A DNA stretch of 64,000 bases from Carpediemonas membranifera BICM (Eukaryota; Protista; Fornicata), in the NCBI GenBank assembly GCA_019828565.1, contig JAHDYR010000035.1:142672-206671 (forward strand), written 5' to 3'. A program made the translations under genes and the position numbers. Positions within the stretch are counted from its first letter, which is position 1. Each line of letters begins with the position of its first letter. Under the pieces are notes generated by a model that did no database searches, was not told where the DNA came from, and saw nothing but the letters and a program-made list of their open reading frames with translations. Of this stretch, positions 54,601 to 62,944 are shown one piece after another.

Positions 54601-55887
54601 ACCTAGCCAGAGGTCGACAAGAGAGCGCGTGGTCTCCTGCCACTCAGGGTCATCTGGCTGGAGGGGGCCAAGGACAAGTTTGACGATGAGTGTCTCAAAG
54701 TTGGTCAGGGTAGTGACCCCATGCACCTCATTGAGGAGCACAGACATGTCACCAACCACGCCCTCGAGCTTGAGAGTGCCCAGGCTCTTCCTCATCGCGA
54801 CCAGGGCGATCGAGTCAGCCCTGTCAGATGGCCGACCAAGGGAGCGGGGCGGGGGTAGGATGTACTGGCAATAAGTCATGACTTCCCTTCGGATGGTAGC
54901 TAGGTGGGGGAATGCGGCGTTCACCGAGAGGATGTTGATGTATGACGTGACGATCATCTGCATGCGGTCCTTGATATCCTTGTCGCTCATGATACGACGC
55001 TGGTTGCTGTCGAGGAAGTACTGTCGGAATGCCAGGAGCGTGCATGTCAGCTTGAACTGCGAGAGATGAAACACCGTGGTGGCGTCAACGGTGGCGGGGG
55101 TAACGGTTATGGGGATCAGCGTGCCCAGGAAATTCATCTGAACGTTCTGGAACATATCCACCGCCTGCTTCAGGAGCTGGCGCGTGCTTTCGTCAGGCTG
55201 GCTCGAGTAAACGGCCCGACCCATCGATGACCTGAGGACGTCCTGGGTCTGGTGGTGGAGATGCTGGAACATGTTGGTGAAGTTCTTCAGCACCATGAAG
55301 GACTCATTGCCCGGCTTGAGCCCCGTGGCGGCGGGTTGGTACCGGGAGGGAGCAGCCTGGTCCCATGAGCGGATTAGTCGCTCGCATGACTCGAACAGCT
55401 TGGGAAGGATCTCGGTAATCTGCTTGAAGAGTCGGAGGATCATAGATGGGATGGGGACGGACCTAACGATGACGAAAAGGAAGAGAGAGAGCGGCTCGGC
55501 AATGTCCGCGGAATCTCCGTGGGCAAGGTCGAGGGCCTGGACGAGACACTTCTCAGCAATGTCCTGCTTGTTGTTGGAGTTGAAGAAGACCTCCACGTGA
55601 ACCGAGGAGACAATGTCGGCCACGGCGTGTCGGAATCGATGCTCATCATCGTCCTCTAAAATCGAGTTCCTAGAGCGTCTGAACGACTCGTTGGCTTCTA
55701 TAAGTAGCGGGAGGAGCAGCTTTTCGTGGAACTCAATCACAGACTCGTTATCGTAGATGGTTCGGTACAAATGAAGCGCGCTCTTGGCAATATCGGTCAG
55801 ATTGAGCGGACTTTGACCCTTCTTCGTATTATCAAGCTGCGTCTTCAACGCAAGCATGCCTGTTCTCGATTCTCGAGACGGTTGCAT
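42610..55887 (-). CDS. TRRAP: TRRAP/Tra1-like PIKK-family pseudokinase scaffold (4425 aa, divergent)
   Basis: Very large helical protein. LFVLGNLG and EDLVQAL resemble Tra1 HEAT segments; CRELHQWD and HLTPQLI resemble the FAT region; the C-terminal kinase-like region lacks DRH/DFG. Confidence 0.6.
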   Translation of the reverse strand: MQPSRESRTGMLALKTQLDNTKKGQSPLNLTDIAKSALHLYRTIYDNESVIEFHEKLLLPLLIEANESFRRSRNSILEDDDEHRFRHAVADIVSSVHVEVFFNSNNKQDIAEKCLVQALDLAHGDSADIAEPLSLFLFVIVRSVPIPSMILRLFKQITEILPKLFESCERLIRSWDQAAPSRYQPAATGLKPGNESFMVLKNFTNMFQHLHHQTQDVLRSSMGRAVYSSQPDESTRQLLKQAVDMFQNVQMNFLGTLIPITVTPATVDATTVFHLSQFKLTCTLLAFRQYFLDSNQRRIMSDKDIKDRMQMIVTSYINILSVNAAFPHLATIRREVMTYCQYILPPPRSLGRPSDRADSIALVAMRKSLGTLKLEGVVGDMSVLLNEVHGVTTLTNFETLIVKLVLGPLQPDDPEWQETTRSLVDLWLGRRVHEIGLAPTSIIQSAQRFRDVVERIAKDFNSTVITAGAAPNHQNATDRRKAISARASFVRSVGRAYLAIAEQFMSTLLVPPATLYAKDAKEAQEGFSCVSAVQDKVSRIFTDRHIFSRHHTTSPYSQTKPDDDEEVKALKTLTGLFNCGRGYDRFKPEHASSQLAPTAIATLVYWVMDVVYYTVYSLAEYMVVCSKFERGDEDSAVARAAKEIIEAGLVMNFNGGKISENLDGKLAAYQTVSTYANTMSHLWTILQPEIDETMDRALALLLDIASTPMLIDQPRGTALTRFQRFDPPRRIIQFLSLLNPDMLHAKLSRAMPHIIEVIEGVAPEYSQSFILYQTPVAAFINWVIDGWAEAGHIVFDAVHSLALELDSGVDVSLNKVRAVLTVATLFIDTLFRDHDPDGGLEISIAVTASRLSEFVWDVAVIVGAIPDPKRAVILLSRVIKLARDNSTRQLESSATMITAVSRALPLLFTHLAPLLDAHRDNLNLALMVLDILAAPPVHPTAMLEYLDLIVPRMVQLATVGTAADIATVASQLNSVIRLTSEDACLAKLGPHVEDLVQALTQVLKTKSPKPFAQQTLTSSSTDRSPGAQVDILDGNVVRDTLFVLGNLGSKAKASFLAPLAPSATNPKPPMPFEITINVLAVVLREQRPDATHALTLDIAPLMENLWRDMEAGETDLTSEDSQKTALSSVRLVFAAVAGIPSSDMQIRGERYTLPDFNPSTAAFRGVIGRTVGEMNEAAVKMITTAFRILFELPEAVSGPTLSEIESYLTAVMAQPGAFDSICTEEVCHVAPLCSVRALLELVTDPLLPTIPEPNATGRTAVSRAVAALKAVFEGLNSDPEEQGRVGQLMVDRLSDAMATPSYAVHDRCRDLMTHLLAKDTCLVYAGRTADTALKALAHSANAHCDALIHKPLADIGRLARGITGVRRADTQADGTDIVRTILDLVFTSRHHQAATLFAELLDEAPNGPSDSTVATIIGHVETRLTGDSPEGSIAVPMTNDSVLPVCFGLAAIINVLGKYGKLKLSDLRSSVRRIGTFATSLARMVANADHRAVIARPRTMSLPVTAEGTTADSNALCSMCRFILSVIIHLPDHPDLIDNIFLMFQALLGAALKTELKFGDVVIERLPEALQALQAMDLQQLTGIIAEELKPETLSSAVSIDIPVTNRPLQRPQTQQMSSAIDPCRAHIPILRLIRTVKTLAAVGMNLAVPLDFAGLIQRELEKLGHEEYHHPLLSVLYKPSTDAAIDGNAYRFIQEHISGLIELGLVVSAATEPTAVDSAGQTPKDVYKSILTLARTIGFNLQRQTCMKPPAIPRHNITAPVLIPAENVRRDTYDTPRTDPSLAPFTAALGRAAGFNPTALFVALCRYESNNSNAVKGSRSVMQETCALGDEQRSIVDKASDRRAKEEALVRWTQARTAIRVWGQIVFDIMHSPDGETVIQAITDEDVRGLYLYFRAEERDTYFQVFVSILARVTAAVPTKLITSPFIVRLVDDFRKHLSMTSNLHNTPRAIQHGQWVFDSRSRPLALAVLRGFTILACDGTLLELDAKHAAEPPIEGVMTAKELRAIFCKTLPFALSYCIHEAFIVRDVVADLCRNAPTAELVAIQHVMAGELNALHTFCPVQAKDGARQSPSPFSPVTPSVLRHVMQPITAEILNRARHTNDYEAIMPALKTVILLCGITNPPRPQVGVELLNDPAAPEGLRQEQLALLIIIVQNIGMHLPDAFTEEQRRTLIAMLTTPGVIGGPVMSANIDHMTYLLEAQLLCHPRAHDFIRGIIPDTDYGKVIKELLDNVFKNRTLEKTAGPVLESAASILISTMTRYDELRMHVGQRLHHAMSFQPNSNLWMNNHIPLIFALQLMRKHAYELYKLVDTLDPVIFFTIGRVNSPEILMPLVEIVDTRLTWHVRGNGNDSDRSDRDSNQDIISRFSFVLSRVCCMFVMYGARLQSPQYYQSLVPLQTRSVAVLRRAAEVWPEARVQIPFLRDVFLKYVTDKEEDTIKAFIMPDQREKQLGHSEPESFARLLPMVEMLQVCLHNTDAVSAFFSVPSPQEMAHQEIQAFMNDFGKRIDQFVEIFMPAFNAADKMDTGMFNPAMKVVKDKGLRLPRFVRWTDMAPVYCTLTELVIRLLKNKPHRTENSDPLLELFVTKTIDTCKCFLSDFRTKMAKAQSIWVKHQAVQKRWRESSPADRHMSVQFQGVVGCQLHIKMLLAIGRHDTRILNQSVDVVLLLLQQLCTTDFNAIAVETLYQARSGGSSTPSLKDCHDMYSELATETDILIALCIDYLTLHIAHQFRCALEVKVRGFKGVVRSTLGNRDSGLFNQERQSMMMLVKHGKDISSRYVKLFNQVIENTKVLFRQDSSYILSRPRHALRACMRFAAVGFGVIPDPELISPDNYDMRSSHPFQEAFNTAPSEMFRCYFDSLSSLDTQPLVYNRLSIASAAPFEEISSGIFNFLTHIAYAIKIPPVVRTVGIADPPFRRTAFLVIQTTTFPNYDHSAATRVLAVSGDCYLDGEGARSVINDALFYYDEYCNDLNTRHTDSGRKRNTRKKRKADAGDSQAVVTVEVDMTPPANPHQALCRLIANRFQAILGSLNWTLVYESHFLSHVARMFLMSLEVSEVTTSVWPRTVFQLNIDDVVDTIERLLRISPLNGREVFIQLFVNMYDHVLKDLPSARNELIRIIYGHLYQDTPNPSGPMAAAYFVHGMGYKDILVACLDRVTLPITSADPLVYEALVTRRSLHRMAALPIVERALTDGHPQSLAVRRVLRDCAFYHMGDDDNAFGALPSVYRHTSDGNPVQGTFATTLPTETAPNSTKEYLGALGEISKGEVAAEIYNATVAGSENMLGFMQLVDMRTTLLRDPPTLRVAGPLRTAMIAGLLGHWNIAQPLLLDVSKQLSTKREDGTRVATIADPATELYIHRMATATCRELHQWDVIDDVASAQFEKHHTIDKSSKSNEARNELIKLYPQIQLVGFISPELIVESFIKRQALVGDLTAIRNQRAVFTMCEQCYDSASDTTFSSAPLSMLLWTSLAYILDYTMETEYRGNTERFISMLFTRCLDMLTQTAHTHGVQSVVLRIAQMVSELSLITSCARKHEDTQFYKHTSGASHLSQIMPLLTQRMPAKWEGISAFSDAVTFRTLVLLFIYKLFNNELLPDRPPQQQQRRPPFMTNITAIRSTLFRRMRMAGLAMAAMNATTIRSDQEQSTTLELNFFVLRERILSAMTASSTWFSFDCAIHGLGDMKTWSREVIAKNPTTGLIKSETVRLRVMASLKAGMRSGHAVDLLNVATSISPDNYLAWGDLSRELANLAAQQSTAEQAFSFAITANSAALRALTAINTPTKVQTLLLPMLVHLADPNLPAAVREAMAEQLIAMLPSLSSSLAIHLTPQLIGILRITELQAVRRAVAGLLCISSLIRREEVLYQCRALAVETSDAVDGVMIQTFVNQAIKSWWGTEKFVWGVLSDKSPHKFTAPADTACFVISFIFATKPALAIAANSVAAGLAKLRDVVSPFDWLTWAITQMIAKPGTHADKAILETVVELIKDAQAKGEIPQKDAAKWAALFDPRSPPSRQSLQQCLKSISTLPRRAQRLPSVLLNIRPNTVAAPVIRPRQPHQSSHDVLYVLRGTVERLMKEVPYVDTPPVMFNLESPTFTVSDVCGLPAAQLSLRTAPVLADDTISTQAGRAHLMTLAVLLTPPAGLAALLPSSIAQSSCPADPLEPMPGVIRSLVAAGATNAGLFDHVIAAPNLIKRGFTSGYHMPCQISSTAACIAYVSGPTVSMHELAAVHSPGRQQAYRMPTHVPSLPSDAPKHEDGALAAHLARSVDPGVAWTARTAIAHAVAANLTLSHIYGVMAKTGDSPDTTVDVSRGLAHSIGGVFSPAASHRALRLLLGPVLPHGTVAALIRSISEAILRPKYRVAELMALNRMLWCGDTRQSAQIFANSALTEARALFPDLTAKDLSCECFDFVDQLVEDALDLKLGQV

Positions 55888-56193
55888 GACGTCGTCGTCG
55901 CTTGCTTCGAATTACGTGATATATAAATGAAATGGAGGTCTCAAATGCACGGAGTAACGTCGTAGTAGGGTATAAACACACATAGGGTGGCTTGCATCGC
56001 TTTATCGGACCTCCAACGGGCAATCAAACTCAGCCAGCCAACCATTCAAACAACACGATTCATTCACCAGCATTAATCGCCATACTTGACCTATATGACG
56101 GCCAGTGTGTGTATATGTGCGCGGTTCTTGACTGTACCGACCCAGGCCAATACGCCACTCCTGCGGATTTGCAGGTGAGCGCCAAACGACAAG

Positions 56194-58359
56194 ATGAGGG
56201 CTCCAGCAACTGTAATATTGATATCATGTCTAGTTTCTCTCGTTCTATGCTCATTTGACGACTATCTATATGATCCGACGCTCTATGCCGTCATGAGCCG
56301 CCACTCATACAACCTTCCTGAGAAATACACCCGAGTGTGGCAGCAGTACCTCGATAGTGTGAAAGTGTACAACAAAGCGAACGCTGTGTGCCTCTTTAAG
56401 CCCATTGCGGATGTTTCGGACCATGTGCTCACGCCCCTGTCCAACAACAAGTGCCACAGGTCCTGTAAGCACTTGTACGTCGACAAGCCACACTACCCCT
56501 ATGAGCCTGCCTGGCAGACGCTGTCAGGCCCCGTCCAGCTGACCCAGTACGACCCCGAGAACCACCCTGGCCACTATTGGGCTGAGGTGCGTTGTTACTG
56601 TCACTTGGGAGATGCCTTGCCGGCAACTGACAGGGAAGGTGCCAAGAAGCAGTGGACGAATGAAGGCATGTTTGACCACTGGCTATACCAGGATTTCAAC
56701 CGCACCGAGTACGAGGCCACCCAGGACCGACGTCCAGTACGTCAGACGGCGCCGACACTCGCCGGATTCAAGAACATAGTATATGTGATGTCTGATGCCG
56801 TGGCAGCCGACCGCGCGCTGTACTCCATGCCGAACCTCGCCGCCAAGGTCACTACCAACAATGAAAACCCCAATAGGAGTTGGTTTGGATTCATTTTCCG
56901 ACACTATCACGTTACTGGGGGACCGAATAGCATCCCGAATCAGCTCCCGATGTATAGTGGTTTCATGCCGACCGAGGAGATTTATAAGAAGCTGAAGTGG
57001 TCTCATCAAGTCAAGAGATACCTTGATCGTGATGCCGTCAAATCTGTTTCCTGGATCTGGGATGAGTATGTCAAGAGCGGCGTGGGTGTAGGCTTCACCT
57101 CCGACATCTGTATGAACGTCCTCGGACATGCATATGGCGTTGGAAGCGACCTGATGATCTTCAACTACACCGCCCCGGGCATCGCCTGTGATAACGCCTA
57201 CTACGAGCCGATGTGGAAGCGGCAGGAGACCAACGGACACGAGATGACACTTCAGTGTCTCTCTGGGAAGCAGGTAGCAGAGTTCGAGTTCGACTATGTC
57301 CGAAAGGTCGTGGACTCGGCGCCTGATGACGAGAAGATCGCGTTCTTTGTTGATATCCAGTCCTCGCACTCGGATGTGAGGCCCGACCTCATGGGGGGCT
57401 TCGAGCCCGCCTACACTGGCCTGATCGACTGGGCGATGGATCGGAATGACACCCTCCTTGTGCTGATTTCAGATCACGGGATGCACTTCGGGAAGTTGTA
57501 CGAGGACGCCAGCTTTGGAAAGATATCTCACGAACTACCCTGGTTCCAGTTATTCGTGCCCCAGTGGTGGCTGGGCAAGCACCCGGTTGCATCGACTGCC
57601 CTCATGACCAACCAACACCGCATGATGTCGAGCTGGGACGTGCATGCGACCCTACGGCACCTCCTCCACTTCCCCGTGCCCTATTCGGATGTCGAGAAGA
57701 TCTTCCCGCCCCAACCATATGGCCAAAGCATCCTAGAACCCGTACCAGCCAACCGGACGTGCGCTGACTTGGCCACGGGGAAACAACAGTGCTCGTTCAA
57801 GGACCACGGGGCCTCTGAGGTCACGGTGAGGCAGCTGTCCGGGGATGAGGCCTGGAGCACGTACGGGCCGGCCGCACAGGCGGTCATTGCATACGCCAAC
57901 ACGTTCGCGAATCAGAGTACCCGTTGTGAAGAGATCGAGCTTGATCATCTCGTGGACGTTGTCGAGGTATCAAGCGAGGAAGGGGTCTCGGTCTCGATGA
58001 ACGTCGCAGTCCAGAGGGACTCGATGCTCTCTGCATCACTTGACTTCGACGAGTCGGGTTTCACTCTGACCGCAGTATCCCAGTCAACCAAATATAGTCG
58101 ATTCGACTCCTGCGCCGCATATGCGGGGGTTCGCCGTGACTTTTGTCTGTGTGACCCGTCGACGGATATTGAGTGGACCCCCCAGGAAATCGAACGAAAA
58201 CCCCCAGTGGAATCAGACGCTGCTGGCTCAAACGGCCATGTCGTGGCCATCGCTCTTGGTGCCTTGGCCCTTGTCAGCCTTGCCGTAGCGGCGCTCTTTG
58301 TATCGAAGAGGAGGAGGAATGTTTCTGATGGCGGCATAATGCTGTCGAAGTCGACATAA
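56194..58359 (+). CDS. DUF229-like (alkaline phosphatase/sulfatase fold) type I membrane protein
   Basis: Signal peptide, NIVYVMSDAV, NSIPN, LISDHG, NQHRMMSSWDVHATL, GQSILEPVPANRTC and a C-terminal TM helix. Confidence 0.85.
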   Translation: MRAPATVILISCLVSLVLCSFDDYLYDPTLYAVMSRHSYNLPEKYTRVWQQYLDSVKVYNKANAVCLFKPIADVSDHVLTPLSNNKCHRSCKHLYVDKPHYPYEPAWQTLSGPVQLTQYDPENHPGHYWAEVRCYCHLGDALPATDREGAKKQWTNEGMFDHWLYQDFNRTEYEATQDRRPVRQTAPTLAGFKNIVYVMSDAVAADRALYSMPNLAAKVTTNNENPNRSWFGFIFRHYHVTGGPNSIPNQLPMYSGFMPTEEIYKKLKWSHQVKRYLDRDAVKSVSWIWDEYVKSGVGVGFTSDICMNVLGHAYGVGSDLMIFNYTAPGIACDNAYYEPMWKRQETNGHEMTLQCLSGKQVAEFEFDYVRKVVDSAPDDEKIAFFVDIQSSHSDVRPDLMGGFEPAYTGLIDWAMDRNDTLLVLISDHGMHFGKLYEDASFGKISHELPWFQLFVPQWWLGKHPVASTALMTNQHRMMSSWDVHATLRHLLHFPVPYSDVEKIFPPQPYGQSILEPVPANRTCADLATGKQQCSFKDHGASEVTVRQLSGDEAWSTYGPAAQAVIAYANTFANQSTRCEEIELDHLVDVVEVSSEEGVSVSMNVAVQRDSMLSASLDFDESGFTLTAVSQSTKYSRFDSCAAYAGVRRDFCLCDPSTDIEWTPQEIERKPPVESDAAGSNGHVVAIALGALALVSLAVAALFVSKRRRNVSDGGIMLSKST

Positions 58360-58554
58360 AATGCGACACTAGTGTCCTTTCTGTTAACGGCAAAGCCCGC
58401 GTGTTGGCCATATGACGCCGCCCCATGATAGTGTCCGCCAAGCCCAGCTGTTAGAGTTGCTGTAAGCGGATCGCGATAAATTGATACATGCTCATATGTA
58501 TGCCATAAATGGAGGCCCACTATAACACCTCAGTGATTATCGGCTGTTTGGAGC

Positions 58555-60003
58555 ATGCCCAGCGCATATCAACCGCGAATTGCTGTACATAGGTGGTATT
58601 TGGTAGCGTGTATGGCCATTGTCCTCCTCGGCACAGCTTACTGCTTCGACGAAGACGTCATTGATTCAAAGTACTCCTTCTCGGCCCCCTTCCGTTCAGT
58701 TAGCTCGCGTGCGATCCTTGGTATTCCCAATTGGGACTTTGGCGGCAACGCCGTCATTCAGGAGAACAACGTTATGCTCACCCCCGAGGCCATGTCGAGA
58801 TCAGGGTTCATTTGGTGTCGGACGCCGGTTACCATGTCCTCTTGGGAGGTTACACTCCGCTTCAGGATCCACGGCCACCTCCCCGAGGGTGCCGATGGCA
58901 TGGCTTTCTGGTACACCAAGGACCGTATGGTTCCTGGCCCGGTGTACGGCAGCAAGGATTACTTCATGGGCCTTGGCATCATGTTCGACACGTATGACAA
59001 CAACAAGAAGAACGACAACCCCTACATCCTCGCTATGGTCAACGATGGCACCCAGATGTTCGATCATAACAACGACGGAATGACCAATCAGATCGATGGT
59101 TGCAGGGCCAACTTCCGGAATACTCCCGGGCCTGTGGCTGCACGTATCAGATATACAGACAACCGTCTGACCGTCGACTACGACATTCTTGGCATCGGCG
59201 AGTTCCAGCCCTGTATTAGCGTCGACAATATAATGCTCCCGAAGAAGTATTATTTCGGCGTGTCTGGCATGACCGGAGGCCTCTATGACCAGCACGAGGT
59301 GGTGGCATTTGAGACAATCGACCTGGATCCCACGGTTGTGGACGAGACGACCTTTGCCAAGTCCGAGGTCCACGAGCCACTCTTCATCACTGACGACGAG
59401 TGGCAGAAGAACGAGGATTATCTGCACGAAGTCACGTCTAAGATCCGTCAGAACTTGATCTCTGGCAATGAAGTCCGGACCCATGACGAACACGAGGAGT
59501 TCACTGAGCCTCTCGCCACGGGTGTCGCCGCCCACGAGCAGCTTTCGTCCCAGATCGCGGTGCTGCACGACGAGCTGCACGAGATGAGGTCTGAGCTGAG
59601 AGAGATCATATCGGTCGTTGCTGTTGCAGTCGATAGCGTGGACGATAAGATGCATAAGATGATGGATTCGATGGAGAAGCAGCGCACTGACATCGTTCTG
59701 GATGTCATTCGGTCCGAGTTGGATCGACTCAGCCGATCGATCGGGGGTCAGAACTCACAAGTGTCCCGGTCAGTCGACAGTCTCATGAGTGATGTCGACC
59801 AGCTGCGCCGAACCATGGATAGCGCTCATAAGCACAGCGAGGCCAACTATCAGAATAGTATCGCTGCATCCGAGACCATCGAGCGGATCAGCACCAAGAG
59901 CACCACGAACGTGTTCGTCGTGTTCGTCGTGTTCCAGATTGTCCTGGTCGGCGGCGTTTGGGCGTGTCGGCAGTTGGCCATCGAGAGGAAGAAGATGTTG
60001 TAA
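58555..60003 (+). CDS. L-type lectin cargo receptor (ERGIC-53/VIP36 family)
   Basis: Signal peptide, GADGMAFWY, GPVYGSKDYF.GLGIMFDTYDN, YFGVSG.TGGL.D.H, coiled coil, TM helix and terminal KKML. Confidence 0.93.
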   Translation: MPSAYQPRIAVHRWYLVACMAIVLLGTAYCFDEDVIDSKYSFSAPFRSVSSRAILGIPNWDFGGNAVIQENNVMLTPEAMSRSGFIWCRTPVTMSSWEVTLRFRIHGHLPEGADGMAFWYTKDRMVPGPVYGSKDYFMGLGIMFDTYDNNKKNDNPYILAMVNDGTQMFDHNNDGMTNQIDGCRANFRNTPGPVAARIRYTDNRLTVDYDILGIGEFQPCISVDNIMLPKKYYFGVSGMTGGLYDQHEVVAFETIDLDPTVVDETTFAKSEVHEPLFITDDEWQKNEDYLHEVTSKIRQNLISGNEVRTHDEHEEFTEPLATGVAAHEQLSSQIAVLHDELHEMRSELREIISVVAVAVDSVDDKMHKMMDSMEKQRTDIVLDVIRSELDRLSRSIGGQNSQVSRSVDSLMSDVDQLRRTMDSAHKHSEANYQNSIAASETIERISTKSTTNVFVVFVVFQIVLVGGVWACRQLAIERKKML

Positions 60004-60293
60004 AGTTCATGTCAATGATCACACAAGCTGGATGAGGGGCACAATCACCTGCATACGCACATGATGTTGCAAAGCTGGCTGATGATGTAATGTGTGTCCC
60101 CAGACCATTGGTATTCCTGGCATGGAAAAATGTCCCGAGAGTGCAGGACGCCATGAAATTGTCCTTGTGCCGTGAGTTGGTGGGGACTTGTTGGCATGGG
60201 TTGTTGAGTGTCTCTCCGTAGAGCCCCAGTTGCAAGTAAGTGAGGTCTTGGTTACCATAGTGAGCATTGTTGATGTCGACTCTGGACCACAGT

Positions 60294-60636
60294 TGAGTGC
60301 CGCGCCGACATTGAGCAACTTCTGTGTCCAAGCTTGGTCGGCCCGCCGCGGTGTTTTCCTTGTGGCTGTGGCTCCCAATGGTCGACCGGGTCGCCCATCT
60401 GTTAGATTTACTCAAACCCGACACTCGTCAACCATTGGCTCAGTCGCCCCGGCCGACAGCGGGACTGGGTCTCAGCGCGAGGATGGGCAGTTTATAAGTC
60501 AGTGGCGTTGGCGATCAGAGTCGACTGAGTCGGTGGAGTCATTGCGGAGTCGGGTCGACGCCAACGGGGATGATGGCATTGCATTTCGCATGATTGAAGA
60601 ATTGCCTCGTCTTCTCGAAATGCGCCATCGTCACCA
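60294..60636. repeat. ~343-bp repeat, inverted copy of 38975-39317
   Basis: Essentially identical reverse complement. Confidence 0.92.
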
Positions 60637-60655
60637 TCGCGGGACACGGGATGAT

Positions 60656-60868
60656 TTACTCCATCACGACCACCCCATCTTCCACGCCTTGCACGCCGAG
60701 CCACTGGCCAGAGGCGTTGCGGAAGAAATACACACCGCCAATCGAGTCTCGAGACGATTGTAAGTGAACAGCAGTTGCCTCAAATGTGATCTCGAACCGA
60801 ATGCGACCAGTACAGAAGGTGGTCACGCGTTGAGTCACCCAGACCGCTGTGTACCACTTGAAAAACAT
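60656..60868 (-). pseudogene. 3' fragment of the expanded family
   Basis: FEATA...FFRNASGQWLGVQGVEDGV resembles FEAMA...SFRNSTGQWFKLAGVSDGV. Confidence 0.55.
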
Positions 60869-61045
60869 CCTTTACCCTGAGAACCGGTCGACCAGTCCGT
60901 CGGAGAGACCCCAGCCGGGATTGATGGAACGAATGGCACATTGTGCTGTTCATAAGCTACTACTACTGAGTGACGCTTCACAGGAGCATCGAACCGAAAA
61001 CTGCACGGGAACAGAGCTCACAATCTCGGTTCAAGCGCATTTGGA

Positions 61046-62573
61046 ATGCAAACTTGGCAATTCACTGGGCACATCACCTTTCTTGGGTTCGGCTCTGTCG
61101 CTAGAACTGCCTTGCAGCTTGCTGGCCAGCTTCTTTCACCTGTACACGTGACGGTGCTTGATAAGATCGCCATAAGCCACGAGGACGCTCAGAAGGCCGC
61201 AGACCACGCCAATATGCAACTGATTGAGTCAGCAGATGCGCCCGATGTGGGCAGGATGAACAGACCAACACTGTGCTTCGTCCAGCACACCCTGACGGAG
61301 GAGAACATGGCTCCCGTCCTTTCCCAGTACATCAGGGCTGGCCACGCCACATTTGACTTCATGTTCTGTGTGGACTCCCTGGATACTCTTCGAACTGTCC
61401 AGTCACTCGGCTCGGTCTACGTTAGTCTTCATTGATTCACTCACACAGGTCAATTCCTCCATGGAGGAGTGGGAGCATAGACCATACCCCACCCAGGTCA
61501 TGCTGTACGACGTTCTTCTCGACCACATGGCCGAGGTGGGTGCCCCCATGCCCACAGCGGCAGTCGACTGCGGTGCCAACCCTGGTCTCGTTACCCACTT
61601 CGTTATCGTGGCGTTGTTTGAGATGGCATCTAGATATGCCAAGTCCGAAGCATGCTCTCTCGAGACGCGTGATGAGGTCTCCAGATTGCTTCTGTGTGAC
61701 GACCGCGAGATGGTCATCGGAAGGTTGAGTGAGATCCTTGATATCCGTCGGGTTCACATCACAGAGGAGGACACCATCACCCCCTGCGACAAGGACGCCA
61801 TCCCCCCCACGGCATTCCCGAACACGTGGTCGGTAGAGTCTCTCCGCGACGAGTGGTTCGCGGCTGGGGAGGTCGCCGTAGGGCACCATGACCGCGAGTC
61901 ATTCGAGGAGGAGGGAGAGAAGATCATCCGTGCTAACGGCACCAAGTTCTCGACCGTGCCATACCCCACTTTCGCGCTGAGCGAGGTTCCTCTTGATGGC
62001 AAAACGCACACGTTCGTAGGCCGTGTTGTGAGGCACCCAGAGACACTTGAGATTGCTGAGATTCTCCGCCGCAGAGATTCGACTGGAAAGCTGCGGACTG
62101 AGGCCGGATTGACTCAAGGCCCGACTGTCGCATTCGTTTACCGCCCCACAGAGCTGACCCGGACCGCCGCGCTTCGCCCCGATGCCGCAGAGATGCCGGC
62201 CTGCCTAATCAGCGAGAGAGAGCACGGAACGCTTGCCGGCCGGGAGGCGATGGGCGGGCTCGTCATGAGCGGCCTCGATGGGGTCAACCCCATGTTCTGC
62301 GGCTCGTTGATTTCGAGCGAGCAGACAAGGGAGCTAGGCTGTAAGATGAACGGGACCGTGATGCAAGTCGCCATCTCGGCTGTCTGCCACATGAAGCGTG
62401 CCATGCAGGCCCCGAACAAGGGGGTTGTCATGCCTCACACATTTGAGAGCCGGGATTTGCTGTCGGAGGCGGAGCCATACCTGGGTGACCTCGTGTTAAC
62501 TGAGTTGGATCATCTGCCGCTTGACTGGAAGACCACCTGTTCTGCACTCGGAGATGGCTACCAACCGCTCTAG
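61046..62573 (+). CDS. hss: Homospermidine synthase, bacterial/viral type (499 aa; intron 61421-61448)
   Basis: LGFGSVA Rossmann start, YVNSSMEEW across the splice junction, CGANPGLVTHFV, FPNTWSVES, VRHPET, PTVAFVYRP, NGTVMQVA, AEPYLG. Confidence 0.9.
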
Positions 62574-62944
62574 TAAACAATCTGTGCCTATCCTGATGCT
62601 GTATTGAAACTTTATTGCAATCTTCCTCGACGCGCTGGGAATGCAGAATGTGGTATTGCGCAATGTGAGCGTTTACAGAACCTATACAATGGGCTGATGG
62701 CAACACGAGTGTTGAAATCGCTCGTTTCTTCAACAAGAATGAGCACACTGGGAGGAGCGCCGGAAAGGTCCCAAACGGCAGGAATTGATGTTGTTATCGA
62801 ATATAGGCCTCAGTTAAAACCGAATCAGCACATTACTCTAAGTCTGGGGCGGCAATATCTCATCATAGACCTTCTTGCTCGATGAAGCAAACCTGCCAGG
62901 TGCGAAAATGGCCGAAACTGCAAGAGGTCGCTCAAAGGACACGA

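Noticed and set aside
42764-55649. Many overlapping ORFs inside the 4425-aa gene
   Set aside because: Antisense or alternate-frame shadows caused by codon bias.
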